A DNA stretch of 64,000 bases from Lytechinus pictus (Eukaryota): the NCBI RefSeq assembly GCF_037042905.1, contig NC_087246.1, positions 36,518,001-36,582,000 of the forward strand, in the 5' to 3' direction. Below, in pieces: positions 1 to 9,904 of the stretch; position 1 is the stretch's first letter, and every line of letters begins with the position of its first letter. The position numbers and the translations under genes are program-made. Under the pieces are notes generated by a model, which did not search any database, had not been told where the DNA came from, and saw nothing but the letters and a program-made list of their open reading frames with translations.

Positions 1-1008
1 TTTTTCTTGATCATGAATTTTTTTTTTTTTTGGGGGGGGGACAAGAGCCCCCCATCTGTGCACCAGTGACTGATGCCGAAATTCTATTCACTATAAAATA
101 ATATGTCTAGATAGGCCTAATTTGTTAAAATTTACCCCATTTCCCTTTTATGCTTTTCATGTTCGTTTTGTGACACGTTTTGCACTAAATTTCCTGGCTT
201 ATACCATTAACTTAATCGATATTTTTTGAATGAAAAGAAAATCATTAATACGGTCATGTGAAAATTCACTGACAAAATACATGCTAAAACACAAGCAAAA
301 TATATACCACCAGAGAAAAACAACATTAACATGTGGGAAAGATTTACGCGGGGAAGAACTTCATTAGCCTATATACTCGCTTTCATGTATGCCTATCTCA
401 TGGTTGCTAATCATTTCGTTGGTTTTTGTAACTGTCCTATATGATATAGAAAGAATATACCTACATATAACGGTAAAATGAACTATACAATTAACGTTAT
501 ATTAACGTATGGAATAAAACTTTACCTAATTGAAAATGAACATAGTACACAGGAAGCAAGGGAACGGCTATCGCCCTTGCTCTTTGTATGTACTTGGCAG
601 AGGTATCAATGGCGGGTCCAGGATTTTGAAATAGTGGGGGCGCAGATGACATTATTCTTAGATTGGGCTATATCAGTTTGTATATATATATATTCAATGG
701 GCAATTCTTAAAATATAGACTCGAGGTGATGTAGGCTTCCTTTGCTCCTTGACTTCCGACTAGAGCTGCCACTAGAACACGTGTCAAGTGAAAAGTAGAC
801 ACTTGAAGAGAAATTAAACCATTATTTTATTAACCTGATAACCTAGAAAGCTTTTCAGGTACCAAAATATTGACAATTTTAAGAACCGTCAACTTTGGAT
901 GCCCTTTTCAATAGTCCAGTTCCTGGACTTAGGCACATCAAATACGCTTGATTTTCAGAATTTTGCTAAAATTGTAGCAGCTGCTGCAATTGAACTTAGG
1001 CCTACCTG

Positions 1009-1190
1009 GTGTGTGTTTCATAAAGCTGTTCGTAAGTTAAGAGCGACTTTAAGAACGACTTGTGATCCTTTCTTGTAAATGGTATACCTACACCATAAGG
1101 TTCATTGGCGATGGTATAGTGAGTAAGAAAGGTTCCCCAGTCGTTCTTAAAGTCACTCTTAACTTACGAACAGCTTTATGAAACGGCCCC
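1009..1190. mobile_element. PIF/Harbinger-like MITE
   Basis: About 45-bp TIRs GTTTCATAAAGCTGTTCGTAAGTTAAGAG.../...CTCTTAACTTACGAACAGCTTTATGAAAC with CTG/CAG flanks; relatives near 37064-37250 and 43642. Confidence 0.7.
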
Positions 1191-1546
1191 CAGGTGACTT
1201 TGCCTATGTCGAAAATATAAGGACGACAGAAATATGTTAGACTAGTTCGACTAAATATGAAACATAAATATTATGTTCTGCATAGGCCTACTGTGATCTT
1301 TATGAAAATATTGCTTCGACTTGGGCGAATATTCGACTTTACAAGGTCGACTTCTTTAAACGGTAAATTTCGAATTCGTCTACTGCCACCTCGTCCATTC
1401 ACCACATTGTCTACTTTAATTTATTCTAATGCCATTCCGTCCATCAACATTTCGTCTAACAACCATTTGGTACGTCCCATTATTTTGGCAATAGATCATA
1501 TGGCGATGATCATCCTTCTGGACCTTCTCTCATATTTCATGAACAG

Positions 1547-4454
1547 GTCATCCGCAGACACGACTCCTGATCTACCACGGGGGGATCAACGGCGTTTACG
1601 AGGCCATCTACCACAAGGTTCCCATGGTCTTGCTACCAATCTTTGCTGATCAGCCCGCCGTGGGGGCTCGAGTATCCAAGAAAGGCATGGGGGTTGTCTT
1701 GGACAGGGCAAAGCTGTCGCACGACACCATCAAGGCTGCCATAGAGGAAGTCATCAACAATCCAAGGTGAGTTGCGTTTCATCAAAATTGTCGTCCGGCA
1801 AGTTGTCAGAGCCGACAATTTTCTTTAATTGTTAACATTAAAAAAAAAAAAATGAAAGCGAGGGAGTGAAGCGACGTGTCACTCGACACAATCAGTGCAT
1901 TTTAATATACGACTTTACAATACTCATGGTTGCAAATACTTTACAACATATACATGTATAGGGCGATTCCATGCTAGAAAAATCAGCTATTTTTGCAAAA
2001 TTTTTCAACCTATTGTCCAAACAAACGAAGAACTTCAATTTGTTTTGTGGTAATAATAGAGTACTACTGGGTAGAAATATGAAAAAAATGACAACCTACA
2101 AAAATATGCTGTCCATTGGTGAATTAGAGGTGAAAATGTTGCGTGTCGTATGGGACATTTCTGAGTCCCGTACGACACACAACATTTTCGCCCTTAATTC
2201 AGCCATAATCAAATATTTTTGTTGGTAATCAGTTTTTCACATGATTTCCCTCTATAACTTTATTATTGACTAAAAATAAGTTTTCATTGCTCAAGCAATC
2301 AGCTAAGAGACTAGAAATTGTTGACAAAATGTCCCGTACGTCATGTATGGAATCGCCCTATATATAATTTATAAGCATCTTGGTTTTCCACGTATTGGCA
2401 ATAATAAGACATCAGAAATGCGAAACAAATGATATTCACAAGTAATGCGAGTTTGCAATGCCAACAAGTTCTTTATTCACTTTCCAAATTTTCGGTAGTC
2501 TACCTTCTTCGGGGAAGATTCGTGAATTGTGACAAGTTTAAAAGATAGTTGTTTTTATTAAAGCCACAATTCACGCATCACAATCATTGGCGGCGGAAGC
2601 CAAAAATTTTAGGGGGGGGGACCACCAAAAATTTTTGACAAGCAAAAAAAAAAAAAAAAAAGGGTTATCAACCAAAATTTCAGGGAGGGACCACCAAAAT
2701 TTTTGGACAAGCAAAAAAAAAAAAAAAAAAAAAAAGTTATCAACTAAAAATTTTGGGGGAGATCGTCCCCCCACCTAAAATTCGCTTCCGCCGCCTATGA
2801 TCACAATTGTGATTCACAATTCACGAATCTTCCCCCGAAGAAGGTAGATGACTACCGAAAATTTGGAAAGTGAATAAAGAACTTGTTGGCATTGCAAACT
2901 TGCATTACTCGTGAATATCATTTGTTTCGCATTTCTGATATACATACACATATATATATATATATATATATATACCATCACATACCATGTCAGCATCATA
3001 TATATACCAATACAAATTGTATCATATCATAGAAAAGTATATTCTCCACACACACATATTCGAGCTGGCGCTGTTGAGTTTTAAGCCCCTTTCACAATTG
3101 ACGTACGACCCGTTTACGACCACCTGCAACAGTTTTTTCTTGTTGTTGCACGATCGATCCCTTGGTGTCTTGCGAGCACTCGCAGTCGTTGTAGACGATC
3201 GCACAAACTCGAGGTGGTCGGAGGTGATCGTGACTGGTCGCATCTGAACTTTGAACATGTTCAAAATCCAAACGCGATCAAATACGATTGATTCACTCGC
3301 AACAGGTCGGGCGATCATCGTCCGAGTGTTGTTCAACGTTGTACGACTTGGTGCGAGAGGTGGCACAACTAAGTAGTCGCATTTACTTGACTGGAGGTCG
3401 TGCAACACTTGCACATGTGCAAGCGACCTACATGTACAGAGACCTGTCTTGCGACTGGTTGCGATAATAATATGGGCCATAAGACTGTTGCAAGACCGAT
3501 CGCAACGGCTTACAACATTGCACTACCGTTTCATTCGCATGTATGCGACCGTTCCACTCGCAATCCCTCGTGCAACACTCGCATGTGATCGCACGAGCAC
3601 AATAAGAGCATATGCGACTTACTCGTGCAACGGGGTTTACTGGTTGTTTTTGTTGTACGACAGCTGTTGCAACTGTGAAAGCCTCCGTGCGATCTTATGA
3701 TATGACTAGCGATTGATGCCTGTTGCAGCCTGTCGCACGGCCAAAAGGTCACAAATGGTCGTACGTCAATTGTGAAAGGGGCTTAAGACAAACGCAACAA
3801 AGTCATTCCCTCCAAAAATGACCCGAAATGAAATACAAATCTAATTTTGTGACCGATTAATCGCGAAATCGTTTCATATTGTACTTCATTGTGCTCGTTA
3901 TTTCGCTTCTTCCCTTTTGTTGTTGTTGTGGGGGTCCCTTGGTCGTAGAATATTTTAGGGGCCCTGTGCCCCAAGACCCACTCCCCATCTGTACGCATGT
4001 GACTGTAAGGTCTTACCGCTCACCACCCTTCATATTTTGTTTATTCCATCTTTCTCACAGTGCACCTTCTCATCGAAACATGACCTTATCTGGGTTGAAT
4101 TTTGATTAATTTTTTTCTTGTGGAAGTAATTAATTCCCTACATGAACTGATGTATTTTCTTTATTCCTCTATAGGTATAAAGCCAATATCGAACATTACG
4201 GATCCATCCACCGCGACACCATCGCCAGTCCGCTAGAAACCGCGGTTTTCTGGATCGAGCACGTACTCAAATTCGGAGGCGATCACCTACGATTAAGAGG
4301 TCGAGACCTGAATTTCTTCGTCCTAAATTCATTCGATGTCCTAGCCTTTTTCATAGTTATATCCCTCGTCACCCTCTGTACTAATTATCTTATACTTCGA
4401 ACTTGCTATCGATGCTGCTGTAGCAGAAACACTCGGAAACAAAAGTCTGAATAG
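1547..4454 (+). CDS. UDP-glycosyltransferase (UGT-A), last two coding exons only; 5' exons lie upstream of the window
   Basis: Exon 1547-1766 (220 nt, AG/GT) encodes GHPQTRLLIYHGGINGVYEAIYHKVPMVLLPIFADQP..., the C-terminal part of the UGT signature. Exon 4175-4454 encodes YKANIEHYGSIHRD...AVFWIEHVLKFGGDHLR...DVLAFF, a TM helix and the KxKxx-type ER-retrieval tail RKQKSE*. Phases are compatible. Confidence 0.93.
1961..2358. mobile_element. MITE with 12-bp TIRs
   Basis: GGGCGATTCCAT ... ATGGAATCGCCC, flanked by TATA on both sides. Confidence 0.7.
2411..2939. repeat. Foldback element with about 120-bp inverted arms, containing a nested hAT MITE
   Basis: 2411-2531 is near-identical to the reverse complement of 2814-2939. 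Confidence 0.75.
2585..2799. mobile_element. hAT-type MITE
   Basis: TIR CATTGGCGGCGGAAGC/GCTTCCGCCGCCTATG; 8-bp TSD ATCACAAT (2577-2584, 2800-2807). Confidence 0.85.
3085..3782. mobile_element. MITE (Harbinger-like termini)
   Basis: TIR GCCCCTTTCACAATTGACGTACGACC/GGTCGTACGTCAATTGTGAAAGGGGC with TTAA on both flanks; many internal TCGCA/TGCGA motifs. Confidence 0.8.
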
Positions 4455-6277
4455 AAGATGAACGATACCAATGTCTTCTATTTTACATACGTCTTTGACC
4501 ATTTTATTGTATATAAAATTATGGGAGATATTCTATCTTGTTGATGGAATTAGCTGTGCACCAATGTCTAATATATGGAATGAAACATCAGATGGCCAGT
4601 TTGGATTGCACTGTATTAAGTTCATTATGAAAGCAATACCACCACTCTTTATAAAGTTTATTTGTTGCAATTGCAAATTTGTGTATGTAAGCGTGAGGGT
4701 GGTGTGTGTACAGTGACTCGCGTTCGGGGGGGGGGGGGGTGTGAGGGTGTGTGGGGGGATGCGCGCATGTCTCTGAGAGGGTCTAGGCAGCCCTTAAAAA
4801 AATAATCGAAACAATCGAGAAATACCCGACTCTGGAACAAAATTTGCCAAAAATCATATCAGATAATTCTGTATTCTGACATTTTATTAGAATTTGTGTT
4901 TTAAATCCAATTTATTTTGACACTGACGGAGTACTTCATTTCACATATCAATTCTCTGCATATACTATGAGATTAATTCTCTCATCTGTTTTTCCCATCG
5001 GAATTGAAGTCAAATCTAGCTGTGTATGATGATTAATCGATACCGTGGGGAAAACAAACATCATGTGAGGTTTTTTCATTTCATATTTCGTTGTACAATA
5101 AAAAAAAATTGCATCAGTAATGATTATAAAAAATAGAACTATTGTCAATATCAATTTACCAATAAGTGAAAGTATTCGGATGCAGTATCCATTTGTGAAG
5201 GGTTTTATAAATCGTGAATGTGAGACTATTATGAAAAAATTTTTATCAAAAGAAATTAGTCCAAATTGCAATTGTCACATTCACGCATATGTTATTACTT
5301 GCAAAACCATAAATTAGCTGTTATGCCGACCGAAATCGTCTCCAATCCAACCAATCAAATCTGCGTTATCAGAATTTCTTTATCCAACCCAATATTGTTT
5401 AAAATATGAACCAAGCAAAAAAAAAAAAAAACATATTACACCATATCGTTGGGTTTTGAGTTGGTTTCGTTGGCGTGGCTGTGTCATTTTACCCAAGATG
5501 AAAAATAATATGAGGTTTTACGTAAATGGGATGATTTGTTACCACTACAATAATACCACATGCTTTGAAGTCACGTCCTGATTGAAATTTATTGCCAAGA
5601 AAAAATTCAAAATCTTCATATTGATTAAGCAATGCATTTTCACAATTTTCGTCTCCGATCGTAATATTTCATTTATGAAGCTGACTTTGCATTGTATAAG
5701 CTATGCATTGAGTGAATCCACCTATTTCCACATTAATATTAACATTTGATCCGTCTCTTTAAAAATATATGTCAATAATTGTGGCCTATAAAATAAAAAA
5801 ATAATCTATGTTTGTACACTTTCTTAATTCTCAGTATTTCTATCGAATGTAAATTACGTGTAATGATCATGTGTTATTTTTTCTTCTGTTGGAAATGAAT
5901 AAATATGAATTTGAATATGAAAGTCAAATGTATTTTTGTGCATTCTATCGAAAGCGACATGGATAATACATTGTATGTCCAGACTAGTTATTGTTTTGAA
6001 AACTTTTACGATATTGCTTAAATTCAGTAAGAAAACACAGTATGAAGTATGTACAGGGTGATTCTAAAGAAGGTAACCGAAGTTCAACGGTTCGCTATAT
6101 CAAAATACATAATATATTCTTGTGATTTCTATTTTAAATAACTGAGTAACTCATTAACTTTAATTTGAAACCTTTCTTGCGTCACAATTGTTACGAGTCA
6201 CAGAGTTATGGTCCATCGAAGGCGAAGGGTACAAATCCCGCTTTTCACAAGTTTTGGGTTTTAATGTACAAGCACGT

Positions 6278-6340
6278 CAGACCGGGCGAGATTCGAACCC
6301 ACGACCTATGTATTACTAGACCAGTGTCATAACCATCCAT
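6278..6340 (-). mobile_element. tRNA-derived SINE head
   Basis: Reverse complement has TGGTTATGACACTGGTCTAGT...GGTCGTGGGTTCGAATCTCGCCCGG (Pol III B-box) but no complete cloverleaf. Confidence 0.55.
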
Positions 6341-6530
6341 AGCGTGTGTTATTCATGTGGTATTGTTGCAGACAAAATGAATATCTTATTTTTTGTCTTT
6401 ATCACCAAAGAAATTAATTATTCCATTTGATTTGACATCCAATCTATGGGATAGTTTGAACCCAGATCACCGAAGGCACTCCGGTGGTCTAGTGGTTATG
6501 ACAGTGGTCTAGTGATCCAGAGGTCCTGGG

Positions 6531-6708
6531 TAGTCTGCAGGCACAGACACTGATTAAAACTTTAATCAACAAGTGTGTCTCCACGCAAAGACTAGCACAT
6601 ACAAAACTTGCTGTTTCAATTCAGAGCGAGAGGGCCTTCAGTACACAAGGCATGAGTAGGCTGCAATTAAGACCCTTAACTCGAGTGAAGGGTTTGCACA
6701 GCAGACTA
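6531..6708. mobile_element. Mutator-like MITE
   Basis: TIR TAGTCTGC/GCAGACTA; 9-bp TSD GGTCCTGGG/GGTCGTGGG (8 of 9 match). Confidence 0.72.
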
Positions 6709-6731
6709 GGTCGTGGGTGCGAATCCCGCCT

Positions 6732-6878
6732 GGGGCCCGTTGCAGAAAGAGTTGCAATCAAACGCAACTCTAAAAATCATGCGTAACTTGATTTTCAACC
6801 AATCAACAGCGCGCATTTGGGACTTGCGATTGATTTTTTGGCTTGCGTTTAAACGAAACTCTTTCTGCAACGGACCCC
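6732..6878. mobile_element. Harbinger-like MITE
   Basis: TIR GGGGCCCGTTGCAGAAAGAGTT/AACTCTTTCTGCAACGGACCCC. Confidence 0.75.
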
Positions 6879-8313
6879 AGGTCTGCCTGTGATTTTGTTT
6901 TTTTGCAGTAGCGCGTGTTACCCCTGTGGTATCGTTGGAGACAAAATGAATATCTTAATATGTATAATTCGTTCTTAACATGTCTTTTAATACATTCCCG
7001 AATTAACCCATGTTTAATAATATCAATTAAGCAAATATTCTGAATGATCTACCCAATCTCATAATTTGTTTCCATACTTTAAATTCCCTTACTTTTCGAC
7101 CAGTTTTGGATTTAACCAAGGTAGCGGTTTTACCCCCCCCCCCAAAAAAAAAAAAAAAAAAAAAATTAAAAATATCTGATAACATAATTCATAACAATGA
7201 CTAAATGACGTTAATCCTATAAGCTTCGTCCAATCCAGGGATTTAAGTATCTAGGCATGTCAATCTGACTATGCAGTGTTGGCACATAAAACATATCTGT
7301 TTTACACAAACACACCCTCCCCATACTCCTCATCACACACATACACACACACAATGCTACACATGTACATTAACACCGCGTCTTATGTATTTGATGTGAG
7401 ATCAAATGTTTTTTATTCTTTAATTTAATCAGTGGTATATTTTTTCTTCGAACTCTTAATGAGGAAAACTCCTGGATCCACATCCATCTCTTTCTCCTCC
7501 GGTTTTCTTCCCATTTGCTCTCACCCCCCCCCCCCTCTCCTTCCCCCTCTCTCTTACTTTCCTTTCCTTTCACTTCAGCTGTGCACGTTAATCCAAAAGA
7601 CTATTCTCGCTAAAACAAATTCTATGTAATTGTTGTGCTTACTTTTTGAACAGGAAAAGAAACACTCTTAATGAGATGAATGGTAAATATGCAATGTTAC
7701 ATTTAATGAAATGAAAGTATTCACGATTCCATTGTGACATAAACTTGCTAAAGGTGAGCAAAAGTTTACACAAGGATATGAAAATCGCTATCAAATTAAA
7801 TTTAAAACTCTCATAATTTTTTGTAAACCCCACCGACATAATGTTGGTAGCTATTTCAGTCCAGCTTTACATTACAATGTGTATATAGGTCCTAAAATTT
7901 TCATGACGTGGATGATGAACATGTGTTCATTCTTCATAGATTTTTTTCTGAAAATTCATTTTGATGGGAATCTTCAACAAAATAAAACCAACAGTGTATC
8001 TGTCTTTGTTGGTATAAAACAAATGTTCGTCATATTGCCGGAAAGTTCAGGATATCATCTGCATCATCATGTTTATTGTAGTTTTCTGAAATGCAATCAC
8101 TGAATTTGTAAGATGAGTATTATCGCCTATTTAAAAAAATGAAGAAAAAAAATCACAAGGAAAGGGAATTGATATTCAAATTTCCCAAAGATCTGATGAA
8201 AAACAAATGGTTCACAACCCTTTTAAATGTTAGATGACGCTACTCTTTTTCACATTACTGAATGTTTACCCGTGTAAAAACCTTTCAGATAGGCTCAAAC
8301 TCGGAACATAATC

Positions 8314-8859
8314 CCGGGGGGGGGGGGCACTCGATCAAAAAAGTGGTAGGGGTGTGCCGCGGGCGAGACAAAAAACGGGGGCCTTGGAGCGGGCTTATTG
8401 TAAAAAGGAGAGTCCTCGGAACGGGCCTTCGGAACTACAAATGTTTGTGAAAACGGGGGTCCTTGGAACGGATCGCCAGCGTGTGAGTGCGTATGCATCC
8501 CTATGGAACGGGCATGCGTGCATGATGCAGCTATAGCGCGGCCTCCGCCGGGTGCGCTCGCGCAGAGGCGATGGTCGGACAGCGCTCTGCGGCCGCTTTT
8601 CACCAAAATTGCAGCTCATTGTAGCAGATTAATGCGATCGGAACGGCGTAACGAAAAATATGCGAAGCTTTGGAGCGGATTTCTTTCTTCTTTTTTCTCG
8701 ATAAGAAGAAAATGCTATGGTTTGGAGCGGCTTTCTTTGTTCTTTTTCTCAATAAGACAAAAATGCTATGCCTTGGAACGGAAATTTGAGTGTAAAAATG
8801 GGGGTCCCCTCCGCGGCACATACCCACTATGCATTATATACTGAGTGCCCCCCCCCCGG
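8314..8859. mobile_element. Mutator-like MITE
   Basis: TIR CCG(G)nCACTC/GAGTG(C)nGG; 9-bp TSD AACATAATC (8305-8313, 8860-8868); internal TGGA(A/G)CGG repeats. Confidence 0.8.
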
Positions 8860-8872
8860 AACATAATCAACT

Positions 8873-9219
8873 CGCGAAAGCAAAGACTTGACGTTTCGGG
8901 CAGGTTGACTTTCCGAAACGTCGAGTCTACTCTCCTGCTCCTGCTACTACTCCATTCGCCGACTCAAGCCAGACTTCTCTCACCTACTCAAGCCTGTCTA
9001 CTTTTCAGCTTTCCACTCCTTCTGGTTAACAGTCTTTTTAAGGACTACACTCATTTCGAAAAGAATACTCTACTTTCAAATCTCTAATTTCTCGCCTTTC
9101 CATTTCATCTCCATTTCTATCCACTTTTCTTATCTCAGTCCCTCCCGGACTTTATACATGGTGTACCGTAAATCACTTCCGCGATTGTTCATACTACCAT
9201 GCAAACCTTCAAACATCAT
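8873..9219 (+). mobile_element. Second, diverged copy of the Penelope-like family with a short inverted 5' piece
   Basis: Shares CCGAAACGTCGAGTCT...CGCCGACTCAAGCCAG...AAGAATACTCTACT...TGGTGTACCGTAAA...ACCATGCAAACCTTCAAACA with the 11.4-11.7 kb arm. Inverted segment 8884-8899/8913-8928. Possible TSD ATAATCAACT (8863-8872, 9220-9229). Confidence 0.72.
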
Positions 9220-9904
9220 ATAATCAACTTTTATTCTCTTTTTCTTACCATTTGTGGTTGAGTGTTTAAGCATTATAGAAATTGCCGAGAATGGATCCCT
9301 TCTCATCAGTTTTTAATTTGAAAAGTTGATGTAATTTTTAAAAAAATTCGATATCCATGATGAGTAATTGATTTTGTTTGGAGTTATGACTTTTTAGAGT
9401 TAAAATTCAGTTCATACTTTGTAGTCATCGTTTATTATCTCCTCTTAATGAAAATCCAAAGCATCAAAGCCTAAATAATACAGTTTACTGTAACCGAACT
9501 CGAAGTATAATTGAATTATTAAATAAAAAAGAAACAAAAACAAAATTGAATTAGTTTGAAATAGCATTAAACCATAAAATAAAAGGTTTTCAAGAAAATA
9601 ATTTTTAAATTCATTTTTGTTACCACCATCCTGCTTTCTACTATAATTATGAACATGAATTGAGTTGACCATTTTTGTCATATTGCCCATAAGTGTATTC
9701 TCGTGAAAATAATAATCTCAGTCTGCCAACAGAGAAATAGAATATAACAAGTGACAACAGGTCAATGTCTTTTGTTAGGAAATGGGTTAGTCAAGTTAGT
9801 GGATTATAATGTATGTAAATGTTTTCATTGGAGGAAGGGGGCGTTGCTATAAAGCACCGAGGAATCAATATCATAAATAAGCATCATCATAATTATCATG
9901 ATTA

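Larger units (their letters stand above)
6476..6890 (+). mobile_element. tRNA-derived SINE head interrupted by two MITEs
   Basis: A-box GGTGGTCTAGTGGTT followed by GGTC(C/G)TGGGT|GCGAATCCCGCC once inserts 6531-6708 and 6732-6878 are removed. Confidence 0.6.

Noticed and set aside
3022-3752. Cluster of overlapping ORFs up to 152 aa
   Set aside because: They lie in a GC-richer MITE within a UGT-A intron and show no transposase or other motifs.
6278-6730. Possible tRNA genes (also about 28870-28937 and 35200-35280)
   Set aside because: Only A/B boxes are recognisable, with no complete cloverleaf and with interruptions or SINE-body sequence following.
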